Shown here one piece after another: positions 1 to 11,117 of a stretch of 64,000 bases of DNA. This DNA is from Bacteroidota bacterium (GTDB taxonomy: Bacteria; Bacteroidota; Bacteroidia; Flavobacteriales; UBA7312). How positions within the stretch are numbered: position 1 is the stretch's first letter; every line of letters starts with the position of its first letter. The position numbers and the translations under genes are program-made. Location of the stretch: positions 2,041-66,040 of the forward strand of contig JAYYZE010000029.1 of assembly GCA_036340235.1 (NCBI GenBank). The letters are read 5' to 3'. Under the pieces are notes generated by a model, which worked only from the letters and a program-made list of their open reading frames with translations, was not told where the DNA came from and did no database searches.

Positions 1-417
1 TTTAGAGGATGAGTAGTTTTTCGAATTGTAAAACTCGATTCCTTTATTGAACAAACCAACACCTGCCTTGGTTATATTATTAGTTAGTTCGTCCTTTTCA
101 AACCATTTTTTAGCTTTCGGGTGGTTATAGACAGCTATCCAACTCTGAGCACATTTCAATATGGCTTTATCGTCGAGCGACTTAAATGCATCGTTACTGT
201 ATATTTCGTAATATATTTTCCCCCTGTAATTATGCATTTTTACATCATTTGATGTACTTGAATTTGAGGCTGCTAGTTCGATGTATTTTATTGCTTCTTC
301 AATATTTTCTTTCTCAAATGCTCGAAAAGCATTTTGTACGTTATTTTTTTGAGCATAACTATTCAAACTACAAGTTATGATGATTAGACTAATTATATAA
401 TTCTTTGAAATATTCAT
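1..417 (-). CDS. Secreted TPR-like helical protein, N-terminal 139 aa (runs off the window edge)
   Basis: Not in the ORF track. Hand translation from ATG at 417 is open to position 1: MNISKNYIISLIIITCSLNSYAQKNNVQNAFRAFEKENIEEAIKYIELAA...LFNKGIEFYNSKNY. Signal peptide ends YAQ; TPR-like helices. A TPR gene downstream of gyrA is common in Bacteroidota. Confidence 0.75.
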   Translation of the reverse strand, partial: MNISKNYIISLIIITCSLNSYAQKNNVQNAFRAFEKENIEEAIKYIELAASNSSTSNDVKMHNYRGKIYYEIYSNDAFKSLDDKAILKCAQSWIAVYNHPKAKKWFEKDELTNNITKAGVGLFNKGIEFYNSKNYSSSK

Positions 418-419
418 TT

Positions 420-3236
420 TTATTTAATTTTAAGTTCGACTACTTTTCCAAATTTTTCTAATTTATCTTTTAGTGCGTATTTATTACCCACAACTACTAC
501 AACGTGATTTTCATTGTCAAGGTATTTATTGGCAAGAGATTTAATTTCTTGAGTACTCATATTATTGAGAATTTCTTTTTGCTTACTGATGTAGTCTTTT
601 TCAAGGCCATAACGTTGAATTCTTCCAAGAAAGCGTGCTTTTTGAAATGCTGTTTCGTACCTTAATGCTTCAGAGTTTGAAATTGATTTTTTGGTGAAGT
701 CTAACTCTTCTTCATTGATGCCTTGAGCAATATATTTCTCGAGTTCGTAATATATTTCTGTAAGAGCGCTATCGGTTGCTTCCGAACGAACCGATGTTGA
801 AATACTAAATGAACCATCTGTATCGTTTCCACTAAACCCAGATCTAATTCCATAGGTAAATCCTTTATCTTCTCTAAGGTTCAAGTTCAAACGACTGCTG
901 AACGTGCCACCAAATAAAAAGTTCATGACATTGGCTTTGTAATACTCACCGAAGGCATCGAATTTCAATCCCTTATGTGCCAATGATATAATGGACTGAG
1001 GACCTGGCTTGTGAACCAAGTAAATTGTTTTTCCCTCAATGGGAAGCATTGGAATGTTTTTATTAATATTAAGTTCATCCCCCCCCCACTTGTTCAAGAA
1101 GTTTAGCTTGGGCATTATTTGCTCTTTGGTCATATCACCCACCACAACAATACTAGCCAATGTGGAGTTGTATTGTTTGTTGTAGAATTCCTTAACATCA
1201 GAAAGTTTTAACTTTTCAACCCCTTTGACAGTTGGCATAGTTCCTCTAATTGTCTTTCCATACAACACTTTCATCATGGCTTCTTGAGCCATGCTTTGCG
1301 CCGATTTTTTGCTGTTGTTGATTGACTCTTTTAATTGTTTTTTATTTCTTTTAAAATCCTCTTCATTGAATGCAGGATTGAATAGCTTTTCGTCTAACAA
1401 TTCAAGGGTTTGATCAATATTAGATACTATGCTAGAAATATAAATACTAGATGATCTGCCTGAAGAATTAAAGGAAATAGAACTTCCAAGATTGTCTAAT
1501 TTTTCACTGATCTCTTCAGTGGTATACCTTGAAGTACTTTCGTTAAGCACCATAGCAGTTAGGTCCGAAATACCCGCTTTTTTTAGGTCGTCTATGAGAA
1601 GGTCGCCACCTTCAAGAGTGATTAATATATCAACCTTTGGAACTTCTTCATTTTTAGCACCAATAACAGGAACCGAAGTCCCTCCCTCACTAGCTATTGA
1701 ATTAATATTTGTTTCATAATAAACAGGTATTTTAACTGTTTTTGCTTGACTTGGAACAGGACGCAATGAACGATCGAAATTATCAACAGCTTTATTATAA
1801 ACTAAACCCTCATACTGGGCGTCTTTCTTAAATGGTACATGAGCAAAAGGATTGATACTTTTTACCGAGTCTTCAGAACCAAAAGGTAAAGGGAAATAGT
1901 CAATCCCTACACTTTTTCTGTTTTTTATGTATTTGTTGTATACTCGCTTAACATCTTCGAGAGTTACAGATTCGTAACGCTCTATTTCTTTGCTAAAATT
2001 GTAGGGCTCATTATTATTCACGTCCATAAGGTAGGCCCACATAGTCAATTGCGAAGCTTTTCCTTGAACACTTGAAAGACCATCAATAATTTCAGAACGT
2101 GTCGTCGCTTTAAACCTATCCAGTGATTCTTGGGTAATATAAGGATCAAAATTATTGATAATTTCGTTAACTTTATGTTCTGTTTCAGCAAAAGAAAATT
2201 CAGGATATGAAACTACTTGGATCATGAATTCACCTGTTAACTCTGAGCATGGGTGCATAGCCATAGCTTGTACGGCTTTTTCGGTTTTGACAAACTCTTT
2301 GTAAAATTGGGAACTATTATTACCTCCCATCATATCGGCCAAGGCATCAAGCGGTGCTTCGTCTTTGTGATAATTTCCAACTGTTGGATAAACAAATGCA
2401 GCCAGTGGGAAATAAATTCTGTCTGCAAATTTTCTGTATTTATTTTGAGGAAGAATTACTCTTGGCACTCTCAATTTTCGGACTTCCTGCCCTCTTGGAA
2501 TTGAACCAAAATACTTTTGTGTTAGCGCGATAACATCATCTGACTTTACATCACCAGAAACAACTAAATAGGCGTTGTTAGGCCCATACCATCTCAAAAA
2601 GAAATCTTTAAGCTCATTAACAGTAACTCTATCCAAGTCGTCAACATAACCAATCACTGGCCATGAATAGGGATGTCCTTTGGGATAAAGTATCTGGTCT
2701 TTAACTTCCCATAGCATTCCGTAAGGAACATTGACTTGATTTTGCATTTTCTCGTTTTTTACGGCGTCTCTTTGGTTTTCAAATTTTTCTTGGGTAACAG
2801 CATCCAATAAAAAGCCCATTCTATCTGCTTCTAGCCACAGGGCGGTTTCGAGTTGATTACTAGGTACTGTTTGGTAATAATTTGTTCTATCTCTATTGGT
2901 AGTACCATTCATGGTTCCACCACTTTCCGAAATAATTTTAAAATGCTCGTCATCACCCACATTTTCAGAGCCTTGAAACATCATATGCTCGAAAAAGTGT
3001 GCAAAACCAGTCATTCCAATTTGTTCTCGGTTTGAACCAACATGATAAGTAATCTCAACATGAACTAATGGATCGGAATTGTCTTCGTGTATTAAAATTG
3101 TTAATCCATTATCAAGCGTCCATACTTCATATGGAATATCGTATTTAGAGTTTTTAGCAACTTCATGAATTTTGGTTTGAGAAATACAGATAGTAGAAGT
3201 GAGAACCAATAGTGTAATAAAGAGTAAATTTTTCAT
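420..3236 (-). CDS. M16 family (insulinase/PqqL-like) zinc peptidase, secreted
   Basis: Inverted zinc motif HFFEH (HxxEH), NGTTNRDRTNY, C-terminal half LREDKGFTYG (R/Y pair), signal peptide ending ISQ; 938 aa. Confidence 0.93.
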   Translation of the reverse strand: MKNLLFITLLVLTSTICISQTKIHEVAKNSKYDIPYEVWTLDNGLTILIHEDNSDPLVHVEITYHVGSNREQIGMTGFAHFFEHMMFQGSENVGDDEHFKIISESGGTMNGTTNRDRTNYYQTVPSNQLETALWLEADRMGFLLDAVTQEKFENQRDAVKNEKMQNQVNVPYGMLWEVKDQILYPKGHPYSWPVIGYVDDLDRVTVNELKDFFLRWYGPNNAYLVVSGDVKSDDVIALTQKYFGSIPRGQEVRKLRVPRVILPQNKYRKFADRIYFPLAAFVYPTVGNYHKDEAPLDALADMMGGNNSSQFYKEFVKTEKAVQAMAMHPCSELTGEFMIQVVSYPEFSFAETEHKVNEIINNFDPYITQESLDRFKATTRSEIIDGLSSVQGKASQLTMWAYLMDVNNNEPYNFSKEIERYESVTLEDVKRVYNKYIKNRKSVGIDYFPLPFGSEDSVKSINPFAHVPFKKDAQYEGLVYNKAVDNFDRSLRPVPSQAKTVKIPVYYETNINSIASEGGTSVPVIGAKNEEVPKVDILITLEGGDLLIDDLKKAGISDLTAMVLNESTSRYTTEEISEKLDNLGSSISFNSSGRSSSIYISSIVSNIDQTLELLDEKLFNPAFNEEDFKRNKKQLKESINNSKKSAQSMAQEAMMKVLYGKTIRGTMPTVKGVEKLKLSDVKEFYNKQYNSTLASIVVVGDMTKEQIMPKLNFLNKWGGDELNINKNIPMLPIEGKTIYLVHKPGPQSIISLAHKGLKFDAFGEYYKANVMNFLFGGTFSSRLNLNLREDKGFTYGIRSGFSGNDTDGSFSISTSVRSEATDSALTEIYYELEKYIAQGINEEELDFTKKSISNSEALRYETAFQKARFLGRIQRYGLEKDYISKQKEILNNMSTQEIKSLANKYLDNENHVVVVVGNKYALKDKLEKFGKVVELKIK

Positions 3237-3339
3237 ATTTTTAGATTATGTAGTTCGAAAGTTTTGTTGGTAATATCAAACAAAGAAACGATTTTATTAA
3301 ATATTTATTTCGAAATTAACGTCTAATTCCAATTCTATA

Positions 3340-5826
3340 TTAGCTATTTGTGCCTTCAACGTTGGTTTCTTCACAATTTTCTTCTACACTAGCAGCAGGC
3401 ACTTTGGCAACTGCGGCAATGGCATCCTCGTCTCTAAGCTTGATGATTCTTACACCCTGGGTGGCACGACCCATTTGTCGAAGAGTTGAAACAGAAATAC
3501 GAATTGTGATACCAGATTTATTGACAACCATTAGATCGTTTTCATCGGTGACATTTTTTAATGCTATTAACTGCCCAGTTTTTTCAGTCACATTTATAGT
3601 TTTTACACCTTTTCCTCCCCTGTTAGTAATTCTATAATCCTCAATACCGGAGCGTTTACCATAGCCATTTTCAGAAACAACCAATACATCTGATTCAAAA
3701 TCATTAATACATATCATTCCAATAACTTCATCTTTTTCAGAGGAAAGACTAACGCCTCTAACACCGGATGCAGTACGTCCCATTGGTCGTACTTTCTCTT
3801 CTTCAAATCTAATGGCTTTTCCAAACTTAACGGCTAACATGATTTGAGAGTTTCCTGTTGTCAACTTGGCTTCTAACAGCTGGTCATTCTCTCTAATAGT
3901 GATGGCATTAATTCCATTTTGTCTAGGTCTTGAATAAGACTCTAAAGACGTCTTTTTAACAATACCTTTTTTAGTACACATCACCACGTAGTGACCGCTG
4001 ACGTAATTTTCGTCTTTGAGATCTTTGGTATTAATAAAGGCCATGACTTTATCGTCGGACGGTATGTTAATCATATTCTGGATGGCACGTCCCTTAGATG
4101 TTTTTGACCCTTCAGGAATTTCAAAAACCCTTAACCAAAAACATCTTCCTTGTTGAGTAAAAAACAACATGTAGTCATGGTTGCTCGCCACAAAGATATC
4201 TTCTAAGAAGTCTGCGTCTCTTGTGGTAGCTCCCCTAGATCCAATCCCACCCCTGTTTTGTGACTTATACTCGGCAAGTTTAGTTCTTTTGATGTAACCC
4301 ATGTGTGAAATAGTAACCACTACTTCTTCATTTGGAATCATATCTTCTATTCTAAAATCGCCACCACCATATTCAATGGTTGAACGCCTCTCATCACCAT
4401 ACTTTTCTTTAACTTCAACAAGTTCAGTTTTGATTATTTCCATTCGCAAGTCCTGATCAGCAAGTATATTTTTCAATTCGACGATAGTTTTCATAAGATC
4501 GTCATATTCTTCTTTGAGCTTATCTCTTTCTAATCCAGTTAACTTCTGAAGTCTAAGGTCTAAAATAGCTTTTGCCTGAATTTCGGACAAATTAAAAGAA
4601 CTCATTAGATCATTTCTAGCATCTTCAGGTGTTCTTGACGAACGAATAAGTGAAATGACATCATCAAGATTATCAATTGCAATTAGTAGTCCCTCAAGTA
4701 TGTGTGCCCGTTTTTCAGCCTGCTCAAGTTCAAATTGAGTTCGTCTCGTAATAACCTCATGTCTATGGTCAACAAAATGACTAATCAACTGTTTGAGATT
4801 TAGTTGTTGAGGCCGACCATTTACTAGTGCAATATTATTAACACTAAATGACGACTGTAGTTGTGTGTATTTGAATAATTTATTTAGAACAATATTTGGA
4901 ATGGCATCACGCTTTAACTCAAATACAATACGCATACCATTTCTATCAGATTCATCACGAATATCAAAAACGCCCTCTATTTTTTTGTCATTGATGAGGT
5001 CAGCGGTTTTCTTAATCATTTCCGCTTTATTTACCATGTAAGGAATTTCTGTAACGATAATGGCTTCTCTGTTGCCCACTTCTTCAAATGCGGTTTTCGC
5101 ACGCATGACCACTCTTCCCTTACCTGTTTCAAATGCGTCTTTCACACCTTCGTAGCCATAAATAATACCACCTGTTGGAAAGTCAGGTGCTTTTATGTGT
5201 TGCATTAATTCACTAATTTCAATATCACGGTTGTCAATGTAGGCAATCGTAGCATCAACTACCTCAGAAAGGTTGTGGGGCGCCATATTTGTAGCCATAC
5301 CAACGGCAATTCCTGAAGTACCATTACATAACAAATTAGGAATTCTGGAAGGAAGAACTACTGGTTCTTTTAAAGTGTCGTCAAAGTTGAGTTGATAATC
5401 AACCGTATTTTTTTCAATGTCAGAAAGCAGTTCTTCAGCTGTTTTTCTTAGTCGTGCTTCTGTATATCTCATAGCGGCAGGACTATCGCCATCAATGGAG
5501 CCAAAGTTTCCTTGCCCATCAACTAGCATGTACCTAAGAGACCATTCTTGTGCCATTCGCACCATAGTGTCATAAACAGAGGTATCACCATGAGGATGAA
5601 ACTTACCCAAAACTTCCCCAACAATACGTGCTGACTTTTTGTAGGCTTTGGTCGAAGTAACCCCCAGTTCGTGCATACCAAACAACACCCTTCTGTGTAC
5701 AGGCTTTAAACCATCTCTTACATCAGGAAGTGCTCTAGAAACAATAACTGACATTGAATAATCTATGTACTTAGATTTCATTTCCTCTTGTATGTTGATA
5801 GGTATGATTTTTTCTCCTTCTGCCAT
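3340..5826 (-). CDS. gyrA: DNA gyrase subunit A
   Basis: [21 protein letters not shown], catalytic AAMRYTE, GyrA-box QNRGGIG, C-terminal beta-pinwheel repeats. Confidence 0.98.
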   Translation of the reverse strand: MAEGEKIIPINIQEEMKSKYIDYSMSVIVSRALPDVRDGLKPVHRRVLFGMHELGVTSTKAYKKSARIVGEVLGKFHPHGDTSVYDTMVRMAQEWSLRYMLVDGQGNFGSIDGDSPAAMRYTEARLRKTAEELLSDIEKNTVDYQLNFDDTLKEPVVLPSRIPNLLCNGTSGIAVGMATNMAPHNLSEVVDATIAYIDNRDIEISELMQHIKAPDFPTGGIIYGYEGVKDAFETGKGRVVMRAKTAFEEVGNREAIIVTEIPYMVNKAEMIKKTADLINDKKIEGVFDIRDESDRNGMRIVFELKRDAIPNIVLNKLFKYTQLQSSFSVNNIALVNGRPQQLNLKQLISHFVDHRHEVITRRTQFELEQAEKRAHILEGLLIAIDNLDDVISLIRSSRTPEDARNDLMSSFNLSEIQAKAILDLRLQKLTGLERDKLKEEYDDLMKTIVELKNILADQDLRMEIIKTELVEVKEKYGDERRSTIEYGGGDFRIEDMIPNEEVVVTISHMGYIKRTKLAEYKSQNRGGIGSRGATTRDADFLEDIFVASNHDYMLFFTQQGRCFWLRVFEIPEGSKTSKGRAIQNMINIPSDDKVMAFINTKDLKDENYVSGHYVVMCTKKGIVKKTSLESYSRPRQNGINAITIRENDQLLEAKLTTGNSQIMLAVKFGKAIRFEEEKVRPMGRTASGVRGVSLSSEKDEVIGMICINDFESDVLVVSENGYGKRSGIEDYRITNRGGKGVKTINVTEKTGQLIALKNVTDENDLMVVNKSGITIRISVSTLRQMGRATQGVRIIKLRDEDAIAAVAKVPAASVEENCEETNVEGTNS

Positions 5827-5906
5827 GTTAAAAAAATTAAAATTTATAATTAAAGGTAACGAATTTAATTAATCAACTTAATGTTGTAGCTAAAAAAAAC
5901 CAATAA

Positions 5907-5931
5907 TTATTAACAAGAAAATTGTTGATAA
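5907..5931. promoter_or_regulatory. Inverted pair of DnaA-box-like 9-mers in the gyrA/clpC divergent intergenic region
   Basis: TTATTAACA(5907-5915)-N7-TGTTGATAA(5923-5931); each is one mismatch from TTATnCACA. Confidence 0.35.
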
Positions 5932-6006
5932 ATCGGCATATTTTCAATGAAGCTCATTAGAATGTAATTACTAATTTGCTAACTGAAAACTTCAATTAAG
6001 AACACT

Positions 6007-8562
6007 ATGGATTCTAAATTCTCCCAACGCCTAAATGATGTCATGAGCTACAGCCGTGAAGAGGCATTACGCCTAGGTCATACTTCAATTGGGCCTGAGC
6101 ATTTTCTTTTAGGAATAATAAGAGATGGCAAAGGATCAGCAATTATGATTTTAAAGGCTTTAGAAGTTGATTTATTGGCTTTAAGAAAAGTTATTGAAGC
6201 CTCAATTAGAAGCAACGAAACTAGTAATTTTTCCAACAGCAACCATTTAGAGCTTAAAAAGCAAGCCGCAAAAGCGGTAAAACTTGCTAACCTTGAATTG
6301 ATGGTTTTCAAAAGCTCTGAAATCAGAACCATACATTTATTGCTATCTATGCTCAAAGATTCTGATAGTGTGGTCACCTTATCATTGAAAAAATTTAATG
6401 TAGACTATGAAGCGGTTAAAACGGAGTATAATTTTATGCAAAATGATGTTGCTAACAATGATGATGAACTAAACATCTCCTCTCCTGGATTTAGTAGTAG
6501 TAGTGATTCGCATTCCGATGAAGAAGAGTTTTTCAGCAACAAACCAAAAAACCCAACCAAAGGAAATAAAAAATCTTCCACACCTGTACTCGATAATTTT
6601 GGTAGAGATTTAACCAAAATGGCTTCAGAAGACAAATTAGACCCTATTGTTGGAAGAGAAAAAGAAATAGAGCGAGTAAGCCAAATTCTGAGTCGCAGAA
6701 AAAAGAACAACCCTATACTCATAGGTGAACCAGGCGTTGGAAAATCGGCTATTGCTGAAGGACTAGCGTTACGAATTATTCAACGTAAGGTATCTCGTGT
6801 ACTTTTTAACAAACGTATCATTTCTCTAGATTTAGCCGCATTAGTAGCAGGCACTAAATACAGAGGGCAATTTGAAGAGCGTATGAAAGCCATTTTAAAT
6901 GAGCTTGAAACAAACATTGACATCATATTGTTCATAGATGAAATCCATACAATTGTTGGTGCTGGTGGCGCCTCCGGATCTCTTGACGCTTCAAATATGT
7001 TTAAGCCTGCTTTAGCAAGAGGTGAACTGCAATGCATTGGAGCAACTACACTTGACGAATATCGTCAAAATATTGAAAAAGATGGTGCACTAGAAAGACG
7101 TTTTCAAAAAGTGATTGTTGACCCTACCAATTTGGAGGAAACTCTTCAAATTTTGAAAAATATCAAAGAACGTTACGAAGAGCACCATAATGTCACTTAC
7201 ACAGATGAAGCCCTGGAAGCATGCGTTTTATTAACCAATAGATATATGAGCGATCGTCACCTGCCAGACAAAGCTATTGACGCTTTGGATGAGGCAGGCT
7301 CAAGGGTACACATAAATAATATCAATGTTCCAGAAAATATTCTTAAACTGGAAAAAGAATTAGATCATATCAAATCAACCAAAGGTCAAGTTATAAAAAA
7401 ACAACGATTTGAAGAAGCTGCCAAACTTAGAGACGAAGAAAGGCAAATAGAAAATAATCTAAAGCAAGCCAAGTTACTTTGGGAGGAAGAGTTGAAAAGT
7501 CAACGCGAAACTGTTGACCATGAAAATGTTGCTGAAGTGATTGCCATGATGACAGGCATTCCTGTTCAAAGAGTTGCTGAACAAGAAAGCAAGAAGCTGG
7601 TCGACATGGAAGAAGAACTGAAAGGAAAAGTCATTGGACAAGATGGAGCTATCAGTAAAATTGTAAAAGCAATAAGGCGTAATCGAGTAGGTTTAAAAGA
7701 CCCAGAAAAACCAATCGGCTCCTTTATATTTATGGGACCTACTGGAGTTGGAAAAACTCAGCTTGCAAAAGAGTTAGCTAAATTAATGTTTGACACCAAA
7801 GAGTCTCTTATTAGAATAGACATGAGCGAATACATGGAAAAGTTCGCTGTTTCAAGATTAGTTGGATCTCCTCCTGGATACGTTGGTTATGAAGAGGGTG
7901 GCCAACTTACTGAAAAAGTACGTCGTAAACCATACAGTATTGTCTTACTTGATGAAGTAGAAAAAGCTCATCCAGAAGTATTCAATTTACTTTTACAGGT
8001 TTTAGACGACGGGTTCATGACTGACAGTCTTGGTCGAAAAATAAATTTCAAAAACACCATAATCATAATGACCTCAAATATTGGATCGCGTCAACTTAAA
8101 GACTTTGGTCAAGGAGTTGGCTTCTCAACAAATGCAAAAAAAGAGTCTTATCAGTCTGATTCAAAAGGGGTTATTGAAAAAGCACTAAAAAAAGCATTTG
8201 CACCAGAATTTCTAAACAGAATTGATGATGTCATTATGTTTAATACGCTCACCAATGAACACATTCACGAAATAATTGATATTGAACTAGAATCCTTATA
8301 CAAACGTATTGACTCTCTTGGCTACACGTTAAAGCTAAGTCCAAAAGCAAAGGATTTTATTGCCGACAAAGGGTTTGACTCTCAGTTTGGTGCTAGACCA
8401 TTAAAAAGAGCTATACAAAAGTACTTAGAAGATGCACTGGCAGAGGAAATTGTAAATTCAAACCTAAAAGAAGGCGACACTATTTCAATAAGCCTAAACG
8501 ATAGTGAAACAGAACTAGAAGCTAGTATATCAAAGCCTAAACAAAAGACCAAAAAAAAGTAA
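6007..8562 (+). CDS. clpC: ATP-dependent Clp protease ATP-binding subunit ClpC
   Basis: Clp-N repeats, two Walker A motifs (GEPGVGKS, GPTGVGKT), UVR/M-domain RFEEAAKLRD, VGF ClpP-docking loop, FGARPLKR. Confidence 0.96.
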   Translation: MDSKFSQRLNDVMSYSREEALRLGHTSIGPEHFLLGIIRDGKGSAIMILKALEVDLLALRKVIEASIRSNETSNFSNSNHLELKKQAAKAVKLANLELMVFKSSEIRTIHLLLSMLKDSDSVVTLSLKKFNVDYEAVKTEYNFMQNDVANNDDELNISSPGFSSSSDSHSDEEEFFSNKPKNPTKGNKKSSTPVLDNFGRDLTKMASEDKLDPIVGREKEIERVSQILSRRKKNNPILIGEPGVGKSAIAEGLALRIIQRKVSRVLFNKRIISLDLAALVAGTKYRGQFEERMKAILNELETNIDIILFIDEIHTIVGAGGASGSLDASNMFKPALARGELQCIGATTLDEYRQNIEKDGALERRFQKVIVDPTNLEETLQILKNIKERYEEHHNVTYTDEALEACVLLTNRYMSDRHLPDKAIDALDEAGSRVHINNINVPENILKLEKELDHIKSTKGQVIKKQRFEEAAKLRDEERQIENNLKQAKLLWEEELKSQRETVDHENVAEVIAMMTGIPVQRVAEQESKKLVDMEEELKGKVIGQDGAISKIVKAIRRNRVGLKDPEKPIGSFIFMGPTGVGKTQLAKELAKLMFDTKESLIRIDMSEYMEKFAVSRLVGSPPGYVGYEEGGQLTEKVRRKPYSIVLLDEVEKAHPEVFNLLLQVLDDGFMTDSLGRKINFKNTIIIMTSNIGSRQLKDFGQGVGFSTNAKKESYQSDSKGVIEKALKKAFAPEFLNRIDDVIMFNTLTNEHIHEIIDIELESLYKRIDSLGYTLKLSPKAKDFIADKGFDSQFGARPLKRAIQKYLEDALAEEIVNSNLKEGDTISISLNDSETELEASISKPKQKTKKK

Positions 8563-8598
8563 TTGCACTGGACTAAACACAAAAAAACTGAGTATTTC

Positions 8599-9414
8599 CT
8601 ATTTTTTAAGGAAAGACTCCAATACTTCTTCACTTACTCCTGTGTTGGAGAATCCCCCATCGTGGAACAAATTTTGCATTGTAACAGATTGTGTCAAATC
8701 AGAAAACAATGAAACACAATATTTCGCGCAGTCATCAGCTGAAGCATTACCCAAGGGCGAAATTTTATCCGCGTAATTGAAAAACCCATCAAAACCCTTG
8801 ACCCCACTTCCAGCAGTAGTGACTGTCGGTGATTGTGATATGGTGTTTACTCTTACCAAATTTCTTTTTCCAAAGTGATAACCAAAACTTCGTGCTATGC
8901 TTTCTAAAAACGATTTATTGTCAGCCATGTCGTTGTAGTCAGGAAATGTTCGTTGTGCTGCAATGTATGAAAGTGCCAGTATTGAACCTTTGTCGTTCAT
9001 AGCTTCTAATTGCCAAGCGGATTGCATAACCTTATGAAAAGATATCGCTGATACATCAAGACCTTTTAAAGTAAAATCATAATTTTGATCCGTGTAGTGC
9101 TTCCCTTTCCTTACATTTACTGACATCCCTATGGAGTGCAATATAAAATCAATTTTACCTCCAAGAAGTTCCATTGACTGCTTAAATAGATTATCAATAT
9201 CTTCAACATTGGTAGCATCAGCAGCTATAACTTTGGAATTAGTTTTTTCAGCTAACTCATTGATAGTACCCATTCTTAGAGCTATTGGAGCATTTGAAAG
9301 AACAAAAGAAGCACCCTGTTCATGGCAATGTTCTGCTACTTTCCAGGCTATGGATTTGTTATCAAGCGCACCAAAAATAATTCCCTTTTTTCCTTTTAGT
9401 AAATCATTTGACAT
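8599..9414 (-). CDS. fabI: Enoyl-ACP reductase FabI
   Basis: LLKGKKGIIFGALDNKSIAW, YNDMADNK catalytic Y/K, TMQNLFHDGG; start moved to the ATG at 9414 (MSNDLL). Confidence 0.92.
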   Translation of the reverse strand: MSNDLLKGKKGIIFGALDNKSIAWKVAEHCHEQGASFVLSNAPIALRMGTINELAEKTNSKVIAADATNVEDIDNLFKQSMELLGGKIDFILHSIGMSVNVRKGKHYTDQNYDFTLKGLDVSAISFHKVMQSAWQLEAMNDKGSILALSYIAAQRTFPDYNDMADNKSFLESIARSFGYHFGKRNLVRVNTISQSPTVTTAGSGVKGFDGFFNYADKISPLGNASADDCAKYCVSLFSDLTQSVTMQNLFHDGGFSNTGVSEEVLESFLKK

Positions 9415-9455
9415 AATAATAGTATTATTTGAAGTTTTGACAAATATAAATGTTT

Positions 9456-11117
9456 TCAAACAGCTAATAAATCCTCAGCATTTTTTATTGAGGAATCAGT
9501 AATGGACTTACCACTAAGCATTTTGGCAATTTCATGTACTCTCTCGTCGTAATTGAGTTCCTTTAGTGTTGAATAAGTCATTGTTTTGGTTTCTGTTTTA
9601 GAAACTAAAAAATGTTTATTGGCTTTAGCAGCAACTTGTGGCAAGTGAGTAATGCTAATGACCTGCATGTTAGTTGACATGTTTTTCATAACATTAGCCA
9701 TTCTATGTGCTATTTCTCCAGAAACACCAGTATCTATCTCGTCAAATAAAATTGTGCTTTGTTGGGCTGTTTTAGCCAAAATGTATTTGAAACTCAACAT
9801 TAATCTAGAAATTTCACCACCACTAGCAATTTTTGATATTTCGTCAGCATTTACTCCTTTATTAGCAGAAAAAAGAAAACTAAATTCATCGATTCCATTT
9901 GAGTTAAAACTATCTTTCAAATGATGTTCAATTTTAAATGTAGAATGTGGCATTCCCAATGATGAAGTTAGCTGATTTATTTCATTTTCTAGTTTAGATA
10001 AATTTGATAATCTACTTGTACTAAGCTTTTTTGACAGTTCTATTAAATTAGCATGTTGTATTGATATTTGTTGACTTAAACTCTCAATTTCATCTGAAAG
10101 ATGATGAACGTTATTGAGTTCATTTTCAAGTGACTGCTTTAAGAATATTAACTCCTCAATGTCACGCAATGAATGTTTGAATAATAGTTTATTTATTAGG
10201 CTTGATCGCTCTTTCAAATAAGTCAATTTTTGAGGATCAAAATCTTGGTTGTATTTATCTTTGATATTATTCAGTTCATAAAGGCAATCTTTGAACTCTA
10301 TATGTAAACTATTGATTCGTTCAGTTAGCGGCAGAAATTGATCATCATTCAAACTTGCAGCATTCAATATGGATTGTAATTGATTAAAGAGTTTCGTTAT
10401 CGAGGCATCGTCTGTTTCACTGATTTCTAAAGACTTTGCTAGTTTAGCACTGATATCTTCAAAATTTTCAATAATATTGAGCTCTTTTTCAACAAAAGAG
10501 TCTTTTTCAAGGATTGGGTTTAAAGTATTAATTTCATCAAGTAAAAATTGCTTGTAGTCCAATTCTTTTTTGAGATTACTTTCTTTTACAATCAAAGAAT
10601 TTAGTGTTGATTTAAGAGTAGAATGTTTTAGGTATTCTTTTTTATATTGGTCAAGTAACGCTTCGTGACAACTGTAAGCGTCAATAATCGTTAATTGGTA
10701 ATTGTTATTATTGAGTAACAAGGATTGATGTTGTGAATGTATATCAATCAGATGAGTTGACAACTCTTTTAATATACCTAAACTGACTGGAGTATCATTG
10801 ATGAAAGCGCGGCTCCTGCCAGAAGGACTTATTTCTCTTCTAATTATTGTTTGATTGAAAAAATCTAAATCGTGATTAGCGAAAAAATGCTCTAGATAAT
10901 GACGCCTAACTGAAAATTCAACCTCAATACTGCATTTCACATTTTTTTTACCCAAGGATTTAGTATCCACTCTCTGACCCAACACAATACCCAAAGCACC
11001 AAGTATAATTGACTTTCCAGCACCTGTTTCGCCAGTTATAGCGGTAAATCCAGTATTAAAATACACATTAAGATGATCTATAAGAATGTAATTATTAATG
11101 GTAAGGCGACAAAGCAT
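9456..11117 (-). CDS. recN: DNA repair protein RecN
   Basis: ITGETGAGKS, IHSQH, coiled coil, ASGGEISR, FDEIDTGVSG, ITHLPQVAA. Confidence 0.97.
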   Translation of the reverse strand: MLCRLTINNYILIDHLNVYFNTGFTAITGETGAGKSIILGALGIVLGQRVDTKSLGKKNVKCSIEVEFSVRRHYLEHFFANHDLDFFNQTIIRREISPSGRSRAFINDTPVSLGILKELSTHLIDIHSQHQSLLLNNNNYQLTIIDAYSCHEALLDQYKKEYLKHSTLKSTLNSLIVKESNLKKELDYKQFLLDEINTLNPILEKDSFVEKELNIIENFEDISAKLAKSLEISETDDASITKLFNQLQSILNAASLNDDQFLPLTERINSLHIEFKDCLYELNNIKDKYNQDFDPQKLTYLKERSSLINKLLFKHSLRDIEELIFLKQSLENELNNVHHLSDEIESLSQQISIQHANLIELSKKLSTSRLSNLSKLENEINQLTSSLGMPHSTFKIEHHLKDSFNSNGIDEFSFLFSANKGVNADEISKIASGGEISRLMLSFKYILAKTAQQSTILFDEIDTGVSGEIAHRMANVMKNMSTNMQVISITHLPQVAAKANKHFLVSKTETKTMTYSTLKELNYDERVHEIAKMLSGKSITDSSIKNAEDLLAV

